A stretch of DNA of 32,000 bases from Candidatus Saccharimonadota bacterium (GTDB lineage Bacteria > Patescibacteriota > Saccharimonadia > Saccharimonadales > Saccharimonadaceae): positions 120,001 to 152,000 of the forward strand of contig CP075337.1 in assembly GCA_025349965.1 (NCBI GenBank), read 5' to 3'. Below, in pieces: positions 8,278 through 16,601 of the stretch. Within the stretch, counting starts at the first letter, position 1. The number at the start of each line of letters is the position of its first letter. The position numbers and the translations under genes are program-made. The notes beneath the pieces were generated by a model. It worked only from the letters and a program-made list of their open reading frames with translations, searched no databases and was not told the origin of the DNA.

Positions 8278-8790
8278 TTATCGCACTGCGACCTTTATTT
8301 TTAATGAGTTCACTGCGACATTTTTCGATGTAGGTGACTGTTTCTGGTCGATCTCAAGTGATTCTATGGTCATTTTTGGGACGTTACTTTCGAGGGAGGT
8401 AAGGAGCTGCAAGAAGCTTTCATAGGGGACACTGCCGGTTATTCTGACCGATACGGTGTTATTTGCCTCTGCGTTTACGCTTTGAATCGGGATGTTTGTA
8501 AGCTTGCCGTAAGCCCGGATATCGGTTTCTGCTTGTGTTGCGTAAGCCGTTGGTGTCGAGAAGAACTTTTGCGCTCGTGGTGAGAGTGTGGTAGATTCGC
8601 TACGACTTTTATCTGTGGCCGAAATGAGGTTTGCTTGTTCAAGCTTCTGGTTTACAGAGGCTGCATATGTTGGTAGCTTTTGAAACGCGAAGAAAAGCAG
8701 CGCGCCAATTCCGACCAGTATGGCAATAAGTATAAGTGCAAAAAGTTGCGAGAGAGATTTTACGGCCGAAGTTTTCGTCTTTACCGTCAT
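8278..8790 (-). CDS. pilO: PilO-like pilus alignment protein
   Basis: The protein has 170 aa with an N-terminal TM helix (LFALILIAILVGIGALLFFAF) and a periplasmic-type domain. Its start overlaps the pilN-like stop (ATGA). The call rests on position after pilM/pilN and on topology, not on a motif. Confidence 0.45.
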   Translation of the reverse strand: MTVKTKTSAVKSLSQLFALILIAILVGIGALLFFAFQKLPTYAASVNQKLEQANLISATDKSRSESTTLSPRAQKFFSTPTAYATQAETDIRAYGKLTNIPIQSVNAEANNTVSVRITGSVPYESFLQLLTSLESNVPKMTIESLEIDQKQSPTSKNVAVNSLKIKVAVR

Positions 8791-9359
8791 AAGAGTGGTC
8801 CACCTTGTCGCGTTGGTTGTTGCATAGCTGAGTTAATTCGTGTAGAAAATTCAATTCGCACTGGATGGTTCGGCACATCCTTTGCCGTCGTACTGCTTGA
8901 GCGTATAGTGACTTGCGAGAGAGCCCCGGTAGTTTCGATGGAGCTGCGAACTGACTCCGGTGTTATCTCTTTTTTTGCGTAAACGATAAGGTCGAGGGAT
9001 TTTTCTTGGGGGTTCTGAGTTTTTAGATCAAAGGATCGAATAAATGACCCTTGGGGGAGTACTTGAGCAAGGCGTGCGAGGAGCTGTGATGTCTTGACGT
9101 CCTGCTGAGTACCTGTCGACATAAGGGCACTCAAGAGCGCCTCATCATTTGCTTGTCCTTGTGATGCGTTAGTTCCGCCGAGGGTGAGTTGGTCTGTGGC
9201 GCTTTTTTCGCTGCTTTTTAGTGATTCGTAGGATATGTACACGATACCACCTATAAAGAGACCTGCGAGTGCAAGGACGAGAATATAGCGAACGAGAATC
9301 GTGTTGGTGCGTGCCGCACGAATCTCATTCTTTTTTACGTCAGAGAGAAGGTTTATCAT
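8787..9359 (-). CDS. pilN: PilN-like pilus alignment protein
   Basis: It starts MINLLSDVKK..., the hallmark INLL start of PilN, then has a TM helix LVLALAGLFIGGIVYI. The ATG overlaps the pilM stop (ATGA). The track start 9467 lies inside pilM and was rejected. Confidence 0.6.
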   Translation of the reverse strand: MINLLSDVKKNEIRAARTNTILVRYILVLALAGLFIGGIVYISYESLKSSEKSATDQLTLGGTNASQGQANDEALLSALMSTGTQQDVKTSQLLARLAQVLPQGSFIRSFDLKTQNPQEKSLDLIVYAKKEITPESVRSSIETTGALSQVTIRSSSTTAKDVPNHPVRIEFSTRINSAMQQPTRQGGPLL

Positions 9360-10414
9360 TTCCAGATAGCCCCCGGAACAACACTCGCGGCGCCTGCTAC
9401 GGTAATAAACCGCGGGCGAAGTTGTTTTTGTGGCTCTTCGATTGTACCGAAGTCTAGCTTTTGCCATGGGCTTGCGACACGGGCTGCGATAACGATATTT
9501 TCAGTAAAGTAGTCTCCAATGCCGGGTACGTTGCTGCCACTCCCCACGATTAGTAGCTGTTCTAGTTTTCGTTCGGTATCGATTCGCTCGGTGTAGTAGC
9601 GCATGACCTTTCGAGTTTCGGTAATAATTGCATCAAGGCTGGGGCTGAGAGCTGTGCGGAGTCTTTGCTGACGAGGGCCAGCGCTAAGGCCATTAAGTAC
9701 CTTAAGTTGGTGTGCGTTTTCAAGCGAGACATTCATCTTTTTTGCCACATCAAGCGTAAAGGTGTTTCCACCTATTGGAATTCCGCCGGTGACGCGAATT
9801 GACCCCTTATCTAGGATTGCAATATCGGTGCTTGTTGGGCCTATGTCAACGATGACCGTTGGAAGTGTGCCGTCTTCGGTTGCAGTGAGCACGCGCCCAA
9901 CCGAGTTGATGCTTGGCTCAATGAGCGTTGGAAAGAGTTTCGCTGCTTCAATATTTTTCGTAATGTTATCGATAATCGTCCGTGACATTGCACTCATGAG
10001 CACGGTAATTGTTTTGTTTTTGCGCTCAATGATTTGATAATCAATATAGAGCGTTGATATCGGAATAGGAATATACTGCTCAGCTTCAAGCGAGACTGCT
10101 TCGTCGAGAGATTTCTCCGCAGAAGCGGGAAGTGTGAAGGTACGTGTGTAGCTCTTTGCCGTAGGGACGGCTACGGCGACACGCGTGCCCGTAATAGTGC
10201 CAATAAGTTTATTCTGCATTAAATCCACGATGGTGTCAGCAAGAAAGGTGCTCGAGCTGTCTTCGATTGCTTCACGCATTTTCTTTGGGTCAACGTCAAT
10301 AGACCCGTAACCATTTACGAGCCATTTCTTTGAATCTACGGACATAACTTTTATGCCCGAACTACTGATATCAAGCCCTATCAGTGGAGTATCTTTATAG
10401 AAAAATTTTGACAT
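9356..10414 (-). CDS. pilM: Type IV pilus assembly protein PilM (actin-like ATPase fold)
   Basis: The protein has 352 aa. Motifs include IGLDISSSGIKVM, VIVDIGPTSTDIAIL and LLIVGSGSNVPGIGDYF, as is typical of PilM/FtsA-like proteins. Confidence 0.85.
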   Translation of the reverse strand: MSKFFYKDTPLIGLDISSSGIKVMSVDSKKWLVNGYGSIDVDPKKMREAIEDSSSTFLADTIVDLMQNKLIGTITGTRVAVAVPTAKSYTRTFTLPASAEKSLDEAVSLEAEQYIPIPISTLYIDYQIIERKNKTITVLMSAMSRTIIDNITKNIEAAKLFPTLIEPSINSVGRVLTATEDGTLPTVIVDIGPTSTDIAILDKGSIRVTGGIPIGGNTFTLDVAKKMNVSLENAHQLKVLNGLSAGPRQQRLRTALSPSLDAIITETRKVMRYYTERIDTERKLEQLLIVGSGSNVPGIGDYFTENIVIAARVASPWQKLDFGTIEEPQKQLRPRFITVAGAASVVPGAIWK

Positions 10415-10441
10415 ATGCCCACTTATTGTTTCTTTGTACTT

Positions 10442-10450
10442 ATTATAGCA
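10442..10450 (-). promoter_or_regulatory. Extended -10 box TGCTATAAT upstream of pilM (internal operon promoter, ~27-nt leader)
   Basis: The minus strand reads TGCTATAAT-AAGTACAAAGAAACAATAAGTGGGCAT-ATG(10414), in the 57-bp pilC-pilM gap. Confidence 0.45.
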
Positions 10451-10471
10451 TGAGCACTATAATTCCGTAGG

Positions 10472-11701
10472 TTATTTGATGTTCTGTGAGAGCTGTGCAA
10501 TTGGGAGCATAACACTGGCAGCAATGAGGCCAACCGCCCCACCCATAAGTACGATCATCGCAGGTTCAATGATGGAGCTCAGCCCCTCTACGGCTATATC
10601 TACCTCTTCTTCGTAGAAGTCAGCTACTTTCACGAGCACGGTATCAGTTTGTCCGGTTTCTTCACCGACGGCAAGCATCTGGGCAACGATAGAAGGAAAG
10701 AGTGGATTTTGCTCAATAACTGCAGAGAGTTGTTGTCCATTTTTTACCTCAACACCCGCTTGAACGAGACTCTCCTCGAAGAGGGCATTGCCCACGGCAC
10801 GTGAAGTGATATCAAGTGCCTCAAGCACTGCGACACCAGCGCTCATGAGAGCGGAAAAGGTTCGGGCAAAGCGTGCGACGGCAAGCTTACGAACTAACGT
10901 CCGGATAACAGGGATTTTCAAGATAAGGGAGTGGAATGCTCGTCGTCCGCGTTTGGTATGAACGTACCAAATTATAAACAGCGCAAGTGCGGCAAGTGCA
11001 GGAATAATAATAAACCAGTAGCCTGTAATGGCGCCGCTTAGGCCGAGCATGAATAATGTGATTCCGGGAAGTTTTGCATCGGGACCACCGAGGTCTTTTA
11101 GGATGGTACTGATTTGTGGAACGACGAATAGCATAAGACCGAAGAAGGCGAGAATGGCAATGACGATCAACACTGTTGGGTAGGTCATGGCGCTGCGAAT
11201 TTTTTTACGCATTGCGGCGCTTTTTTCAAGTTGTTCGGCGAGTCTTCGTAGAATATCATCAAGAATACCCGCAGATTCACCTGCTCGCACCATATTAACG
11301 TAGATATCGTTAAATGTTGCAGGGTATTTTGAAAAAGCATCTCCGAGGGATGCGCCAGCTTCGATATCTTTGATGATGTCATTCAAGATTTTCTTTAGTG
11401 ACTTGTCATCGGTGTATTTTTCAATTGAAGTCAGAGAGCGGAGAAGTGGTACGCCTGCGCCGACCATTGCGCTTAGTTGGCGAGTGAATGATACAAGGCT
11501 GGCATGCTTTACTTTTGAGCTCTGGAATAGATTGTTGAGGTCAAAAGAAAGGGTCTTCTTTTCGCGAAGCTCTTTAATGCTAATGGGTCGGAGATTTTGC
11601 TTTCCGAGTGCCTCGATAACGCTCGATCTGTCAGGAAGATCGGTTTTTCCTTTGACGACATTATTGCTTGCATCCGAGGCGACATATGAGAATAATGGCA
11701 T
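10472..11701 (-). CDS. pilC: Type IV pilus platform protein PilC (GspF family)
   Basis: The protein has 409 aa with two GspF repeats (FTRQLSAMVGAGVPLLRSL; FARTFSALMSAGVAVLEAL) and three TM segments. Confidence 0.9.
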   Translation of the reverse strand: MPLFSYVASDASNNVVKGKTDLPDRSSVIEALGKQNLRPISIKELREKKTLSFDLNNLFQSSKVKHASLVSFTRQLSAMVGAGVPLLRSLTSIEKYTDDKSLKKILNDIIKDIEAGASLGDAFSKYPATFNDIYVNMVRAGESAGILDDILRRLAEQLEKSAAMRKKIRSAMTYPTVLIVIAILAFFGLMLFVVPQISTILKDLGGPDAKLPGITLFMLGLSGAITGYWFIIIPALAALALFIIWYVHTKRGRRAFHSLILKIPVIRTLVRKLAVARFARTFSALMSAGVAVLEALDITSRAVGNALFEESLVQAGVEVKNGQQLSAVIEQNPLFPSIVAQMLAVGEETGQTDTVLVKVADFYEEEVDIAVEGLSSIIEPAMIVLMGGAVGLIAASVMLPIAQLSQNIK

Positions 11702-11704
11702 ATA

Positions 11705-13489
11705 TTATTCCCTATTCACCCTAAGGATTTCTTCAACGGTCGTTTCACCGCGCAGTGCTTTTATGAGCCCGTCAATCTGCATACTAATCATGCCATCACG
11801 TATAGCTTGGGCGTGAATTTGATCACTTGAGGCGCGTGCCATAATCATGTCTTTGATTGCAGGGGAGTTATTGAGTACTTCGTAGATACCGATACGCCCA
11901 CGATAGCCTTCCTGTACCTCGTCTACCGTGTGGTTTGTATCTGCGCGCCAGAGCGTTTTGATGCCGTTTTCATCAGTGCTTAACGGAGTGTCACCTCCAA
12001 GGCCGGCTTTTGCGGCACGCTTTTCTAGTTCGTGAATAATCTTGAAACTCTCGGCACTATTGGAGAGGCCAAAAAGTTTTACAATCGAAGCTTTTTCTTC
12101 ATCTGATGGGACGTAGCTTTGTCGTGATTCTCTGTGGAGACGACGAACAAGGCGTTGTCCAACGACCGCCCGTACAGTACTTGCAATCAAGAAGGGCTCA
12201 ACGCTCATATCGAGAAGACGAGGGAGTGTTGTGGCGGCATTATTGGTGTGCAGGGTCGTAAAGACCATGTGCCCCGTAAGAGCGGCTTGGATAGCAAGGT
12301 TTGCTGTTTCGCTGTCACGGATCTCACCGACCATAATAATGTTTGGGTCTTGGCGTAGTAACGCGCGCAGGCCGTTTGCAAATGTCATGCCTGCTTTCGG
12401 GTTTGTTTGAGTCTGATTAACTCCAGGAATCTTGTATTCTACAGGGTCTTCGACGGTAGAAATATTGACATTTGGCCGATTGAGCATCGTAAGAATGCTA
12501 AAGAGGCTTGTTGATTTACCGCTACCGGTTGGACCGGTTACGAGGACAATTCCATCGGGCTCTTGCATTTCTCTGCTAATATCTTCAAGAGATTTTCCCC
12601 AGTAGCCGAGCTCTTTAAGGCTAACAGCTTGATTGGATTCGTCCAGAATACGCATTACAATCTTTTCACCGTCAACAATAGGAAGTGTACTGACACGAAG
12701 TGCATACTGTCTACCGCCAACATTAATCTTAAAACGGCCATCTTGTGGGACGCGACGCTCGTCAATTTTGAGATTTGAGAGAATTTTAATACGACTTGTA
12801 AGTGCACCCGAAACATTCTTTGGTAGGCGGTTCACTTCCTTCAAGATACCATCGATGCGGTAGCGCACCTGGATGCCGTCTTCACGCGGTTCAATATGTA
12901 CGTCACTGGCGTGTGAGCGCACGGCATACTCGAGGAGCAGGTTGACGGTTTGCGCAATTGGAGAGTCTTCCGCGATGTCTTTCTCGGCAATGACTTCGAG
13001 GCCTTCATTTTCCTGACGCTGTGTGTCAATAACTTCGTCGAGCTCTTTCGTAACGTCCCCGCGGTACATGTCGAGAACGGAGAGGATATTGTCGCGACTT
13101 GCGATATAGATTTTGGAGTTTGTGCCAATTTCTTTTTGAATGAAGTTGATTGCCTGAACATCATCAGGGTCTTCCATGGCAAGGTGCGGAATATTGTCAC
13201 TGTCGATTTCAAAAAGCACGGCCATGTATTGGCGGGCAACGCGCTCTGGAATTTTTCGTAGCACATCACTTGGGACGGATGAAGGGTCGATTTCGACGAA
13301 TGGAATTCCGCTGTATTCCGAAAAGGCGCGAAGTAATGCCTTTTCCGTGACAACCTTTTGGTCTATAACCACATCAAAAAGAGAACGCTTTGAACGAGTC
13401 GCCTCTTCAGAGAGCGTTTTAATTTGCTCAGGTGTTACAAGTTTTGCCCGCCCAAGCACCGTTTCCAGAGTTGTGTCGGAAATGCGCAT
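11705..13489 (-). CDS. pilB: Type IV pilus assembly ATPase PilB (GspE family)
   Basis: The protein has 594 aa. It has Walker A GPTGSGKST, the Asp box, Walker B IIMVGEIRD, the His box TGHMVFTTLHTN, and an N-terminal GSPII_E_N-like region. Confidence 0.9.
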   Translation of the reverse strand: MRISDTTLETVLGRAKLVTPEQIKTLSEEATRSKRSLFDVVIDQKVVTEKALLRAFSEYSGIPFVEIDPSSVPSDVLRKIPERVARQYMAVLFEIDSDNIPHLAMEDPDDVQAINFIQKEIGTNSKIYIASRDNILSVLDMYRGDVTKELDEVIDTQRQENEGLEVIAEKDIAEDSPIAQTVNLLLEYAVRSHASDVHIEPREDGIQVRYRIDGILKEVNRLPKNVSGALTSRIKILSNLKIDERRVPQDGRFKINVGGRQYALRVSTLPIVDGEKIVMRILDESNQAVSLKELGYWGKSLEDISREMQEPDGIVLVTGPTGSGKSTSLFSILTMLNRPNVNISTVEDPVEYKIPGVNQTQTNPKAGMTFANGLRALLRQDPNIIMVGEIRDSETANLAIQAALTGHMVFTTLHTNNAATTLPRLLDMSVEPFLIASTVRAVVGQRLVRRLHRESRQSYVPSDEEKASIVKLFGLSNSAESFKIIHELEKRAAKAGLGGDTPLSTDENGIKTLWRADTNHTVDEVQEGYRGRIGIYEVLNNSPAIKDMIMARASSDQIHAQAIRDGMISMQIDGLIKALRGETTVEEILRVNRE

Positions 13490-13502
13490 AATGGTTATGT
13501 CT

Positions 13503-13508
13503 ATTGTA
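13503..13508 (-). promoter_or_regulatory. -10 box TACAAT, 13 nt upstream of the pilB ATG (minus)
   Basis: The minus strand reads TTTACAAT-AGACATAACCATT-ATG(13489). It is divergent from the tsaE promoter. Confidence 0.4.
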
Positions 13509-13541
13509 AAGTATCTGAAGTAAAAACACTAGCTCTCCTCG

Positions 13542-13550
13542 TGTTACAAT
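13542..13550 (+). promoter_or_regulatory. Extended -10 box TGTTACAAT, 7 nt upstream of the tsaE ATG
   Basis: The sequence reads TGTTACAAT-GTAGAAG-ATG(13558). Confidence 0.5.
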
Positions 13551-13557
13551 GTAGAAG

Positions 13558-13995
13558 ATGATTATAGAGGTAAAAAGCGAAGCTGAAATGAAGGCACTTG
13601 CCGAAAAGATCGGCACCCAGTTAAAGGGTGGCGAAGTTTTTGAGTTGATTGGTGATATTGGCGCTGGAAAGACCACCTTTACAAAGGGGCTTGCTCGGGG
13701 GCTTGCAATTGACGATGATGTTCAGAGCCCGAGCTTCACGATTAGTCGAATGTACGAAGCGCGCGATGGTTTACAGCTGGCGCACTATGACTTTTACCGA
13801 CTTGATGATCCGGGTATTATGACAAATGAATTGGCAGAATTTGCGAATGACGCCACGACGGTAACGGTAGTGGAATGGGCGGACGTTGTGGAGGGTGTAC
13901 TTCCGAAGGATCGTATGCGAATTCGTATTACTACGCCAACTGAGACAAGCCGGACTGTTGAAATAACTGGCTTTGCGAACGAGGAGCGACTATGA
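13558..13995 (+). CDS. tsaE: tRNA t6A biosynthesis ATPase TsaE
   Basis: It has the P-loop GDIGAGKTTFTKGLARGL and the motifs SPSFTI and HYDFYRL. Confidence 0.85.
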   Translation: MIIEVKSEAEMKALAEKIGTQLKGGEVFELIGDIGAGKTTFTKGLARGLAIDDDVQSPSFTISRMYEARDGLQLAHYDFYRLDDPGIMTNELAEFANDATTVTVVEWADVVEGVLPKDRMRIRITTPTETSRTVEITGFANEERL

Positions 13996-14378
13996 TTCTC
14001 CTGCTCGACACTTCAACTCCTACCTGCAAGTTAACGCTTGTTGAAGGTGCTGCTCGACATGATTTTACCTGGGAGGCGGGAAGAACACTCTCCACCGGTT
14101 TACTCGGATTTATTCAGGAGAGGCTTGGTGAAGTGGGTTCTGGTTGGGATGCGCTCGAAGGCATTGTTGCTTATAGGGGCCCTGGAAGTTTCACCGGCTT
14201 GCGCATCGGTATCTCTGTTCTTAATGCGCTTGCCAATACAAATCAACTGCCAATTATTGGCGCAATGGGTGAGGCGTGGCAGATGGAGGGATTAGCTCGT
14301 TTGGGCACTGGCGAGTCTGATGAAATTGTCTTGCCAGAATATGGCGCTGATGCAAATATCACAACGCCTCGAAAATAG
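13992..14378 (+). CDS. tsaB: TsaB-like protein (short, 128 aa; N-terminal ASKHA half only)
   Basis: It starts ILLLDTSTP and contains GPGSFTGLRIGISVLNALA. The ATGA start overlaps the tsaE stop. It is roughly half the usual TsaB length. Confidence 0.7.
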   Translation: MILLLDTSTPTCKLTLVEGAARHDFTWEAGRTLSTGLLGFIQERLGEVGSGWDALEGIVAYRGPGSFTGLRIGISVLNALANTNQLPIIGAMGEAWQMEGLARLGTGESDEIVLPEYGADANITTPRK

Positions 14379-14380
14379 CC

Positions 14381-14410
14381 TTGTCAAGCATTGCGAAACA
14401 GGGCTACAAT
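14381..14410 (+). promoter_or_regulatory. Sigma-70-type promoter of rny (TTGTCA-N18-TACAAT)
   Basis: The -35 box is TTGTCA (14381-14386) and the -10 box is TACAAT (14405-14410). It lies about 125 nt upstream of ATG 14537. Confidence 0.55.
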
Positions 14411-14467
14411 AAGAGTACGTCCAACGTTATGTTTTCTGACTCGGACTTTTGATACTTTTTGAATTTT

Positions 14468-14520
14468 TAGCTTCATTTTGATACTGAAAGGCAAGACAGA
14501 TACTTGCTTTGATGAAGCTA
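14468..14520 (+). promoter_or_regulatory. Nested hairpin in the rny 5' leader, abutting the SD
   Basis: A 9-bp perfect inverted repeat TAGCTTCAT (14468-14476) / ATGAAGCTA (14512-14520) encloses an inner GCAAG (14491-14495) / CTTGC (14503-14507) hairpin. The SD AAGGAAGGA starts at 14520. Confidence 0.45.
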
Positions 14521-14536
14521 AGGAAGGACTCCAGAT

Positions 14537-16048
14537 ATGGTAGAGATGATTATTGCCGCAATCGTAGGTATTGCTTTTGGTATTGGGGGTACTTTTACGT
14601 ATGACCGTACTCGCAAGGCTCGCGGGAAGACAGCTGCAGATCAATTAGTGGCAGACGCAAAGAGCAAGGCGGGAGATATTGTTCTTAAGGCGAAAGATGA
14701 CGCCTTAAAGCTTACGAATGAGGCAAAGCGCGAAGAGTCTGAACGCCGCAAGGACTGGCAGAAAACCGAGAATCGTCTTGCGGAGCGTGAATCAAGCTTG
14801 GATAAAAAGCTCGATGAGCTTGACGTGCGTACGGAGAAGCTTCGTTCACAGGAAGATGAAGTTGAGTCGCTGAAGGATGAAATCCGCGCTATTCGTGAAC
14901 GTCAACAAGAAAAGCTTGAAAAGATCGCAGGGCTTAAGAAGGCGCAGGCCGCAGAGAAGCTTCTCGAGATGACAGAACGCGATATAAAGGAAGACCTGAC
15001 TGGTCTCGTTTCCAAGCTTCAGAACGATGCCAAAGAAACGGCAGAAGAGCAGGCGCAGCTCATTCTTGTATCTGCAATGGAGCGGATGAGTAGCGAAGTG
15101 ACGGCCGAACGTACCGTAACTGCGCTTAAGCTGACAGATGACGAGATGAAGGGCCGTATTATTGGTAAAGAAGGCCGCAACATTCAGGCACTTCAGCGTG
15201 CGACTGGTGTTGACGTGATGGTTGATGATACACCTGGTATGATTATTCTTTCCAGCTTTGACCCGCTTCGTCGACAGGTGGCTCGTTTGAGTCTTGAAAT
15301 GCTCATGAAGGATGGCCGTATTCATCCCGGTCGTATTGAAGAGGTAGTGGCTAAGGCGACTAAGGAAATCGAAAAAGAAGTGGTGCGCGCTGGTGAAGAT
15401 GCGGCGCGAGAAGTCGGTGTTATTGGTATCCCTAAAGAAATGCTTCGTCTGCTTGGCGAGCTTAAGTTCCGTACAAGTTACGGGCAAAACGTACTGCTTC
15501 ATAGCACCGAGATGGCGCATATGGCGGGACTTATTGCGGAAGAAATTGGTGCGGACGTACGAACCGTTAAGACTGCAACCCTCCTTCATGATGTAGGCAA
15601 GGCAGTCACCCATAAGGTTGAGGGTAAGCATCACCATATTGGGGCTGAGTTGGCTCGTAAATACGGCATGAGCGATGCAATTGTGCATGCTATTGAAGCG
15701 CACCACGATGATGTTGAAGCAACAACTGTTGAAGCACTGGTTGTCCGTGTGTGTGATGCACTTTCTGCGGCGCGCCCAGGTGCCCGCAATATTAGTGCTG
15801 AGAACTTTGCCGAACGCATGCGTGAACTTGAGAACGTTGCCAATAGCTTCCCTGGAATTGAAAAGTCATATGCAATTAGCGCTGGCCGCGAAGTACGCGT
15901 GATTGTTCGTCCTGAGAATATTGATGATTTGAGTGCTATTAAGTTGGCACGCGATATCGCCAATAAGATTGAAGGCACGATGCAGTACCCCGGAACAATC
16001 AAGGTGAATGTTATTCGCGAAACACGCGCAATAGAATTTGCTAAGTAG
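14537..16048 (+). CDS. rny: Ribonuclease Y
   Basis: The 503-aa protein has an N-terminal TM helix, a long coiled coil, a KH domain (IIGKEGRNIQAL) and an HD domain (LLHDVGKA...HH). Confidence 0.95.
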   Translation: MVEMIIAAIVGIAFGIGGTFTYDRTRKARGKTAADQLVADAKSKAGDIVLKAKDDALKLTNEAKREESERRKDWQKTENRLAERESSLDKKLDELDVRTEKLRSQEDEVESLKDEIRAIRERQQEKLEKIAGLKKAQAAEKLLEMTERDIKEDLTGLVSKLQNDAKETAEEQAQLILVSAMERMSSEVTAERTVTALKLTDDEMKGRIIGKEGRNIQALQRATGVDVMVDDTPGMIILSSFDPLRRQVARLSLEMLMKDGRIHPGRIEEVVAKATKEIEKEVVRAGEDAAREVGVIGIPKEMLRLLGELKFRTSYGQNVLLHSTEMAHMAGLIAEEIGADVRTVKTATLLHDVGKAVTHKVEGKHHHIGAELARKYGMSDAIVHAIEAHHDDVEATTVEALVVRVCDALSAARPGARNISAENFAERMRELENVANSFPGIEKSYAISAGREVRVIVRPENIDDLSAIKLARDIANKIEGTMQYPGTIKVNVIRETRAIEFAK

Positions 16049-16053
16049 GTAGT

Positions 16054-16599
16054 ATGAAATACGTTGTACTCCTTCGAGGTGTGAATGTTGGCGGAAATCA
16101 CAAAGTTCCAAAGGGAGAGCTTAAGGCTGTACTTGAGGGGCAGGGCTTCCAAAATGTTACAACGTATATCAATTCAGGAAACGCGCTTTTTGAAAGTGAC
16201 ACCACTCCACATGCTAATGAGATTCAGGCTGCCCTTGAGTCTCATTTTGGTTTCACGATTCCAACACTCGTGCTTTCTGAAGGCAAGCTGCGAACAATTG
16301 CAGCAGCCATCCCAGACGAGTGGACGAATGATACACCGAAGCCAGATAAATCAGGGCAAAAGTCTGATGTACTCTTTCTTTTTGATGCCGTAAATACCCC
16401 GGAGATCATTGAACAGCTTGGACATAAGCCGGAAATTGAAACGATGCTTTATATTGATGGAGCGGTGATAACAAATATTACACGCGCCAATCAATCAAAG
16501 GGGAGTTTGCAGAAAATTATAGGCACGAAAGTATACGCGGACGTGACTATCCGTAATATTACAACGGTCAAAAAGCTTGCCGAGTTAATTGGCAAATAG
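16054..16599 (+). CDS. DUF1697 family protein
   Basis: The N-terminus MKYVVLLRGVNVGGNHKVPKGELKAVLEGQGFQNVTTYINSGNALF is the characteristic DUF1697 signature. Confidence 0.7.
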   Translation: MKYVVLLRGVNVGGNHKVPKGELKAVLEGQGFQNVTTYINSGNALFESDTTPHANEIQAALESHFGFTIPTLVLSEGKLRTIAAAIPDEWTNDTPKPDKSGQKSDVLFLFDAVNTPEIIEQLGHKPEIETMLYIDGAVITNITRANQSKGSLQKIIGTKVYADVTIRNITTVKKLAELIGK

Positions 16600-16601
16600 A
16601 T

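Noticed and set aside
10457-10462. A plus-strand TATAAT in the pilC-pilM gap.
   Set aside because: It points into the 3' end of pilC, with no plus-strand ORF downstream. It is most likely a coincidental AT-rich hexamer next to the real minus-strand box.
12841-13353. A 170-aa minus-strand ORF in an alternative frame within pilB.
   Set aside because: It is on the same strand as pilB but out of frame with it. The PilB frame carries all the conserved ATPase motifs, and the alternative frame has none.
14846-15706. A 286-aa ORF on the minus strand inside rny.
   Set aside because: It lies entirely antisense to a very well supported RNase Y coding region. Its sequence is low-complexity and motif-free, and it has no promoter or SD. 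It is a typical shadow ORF.
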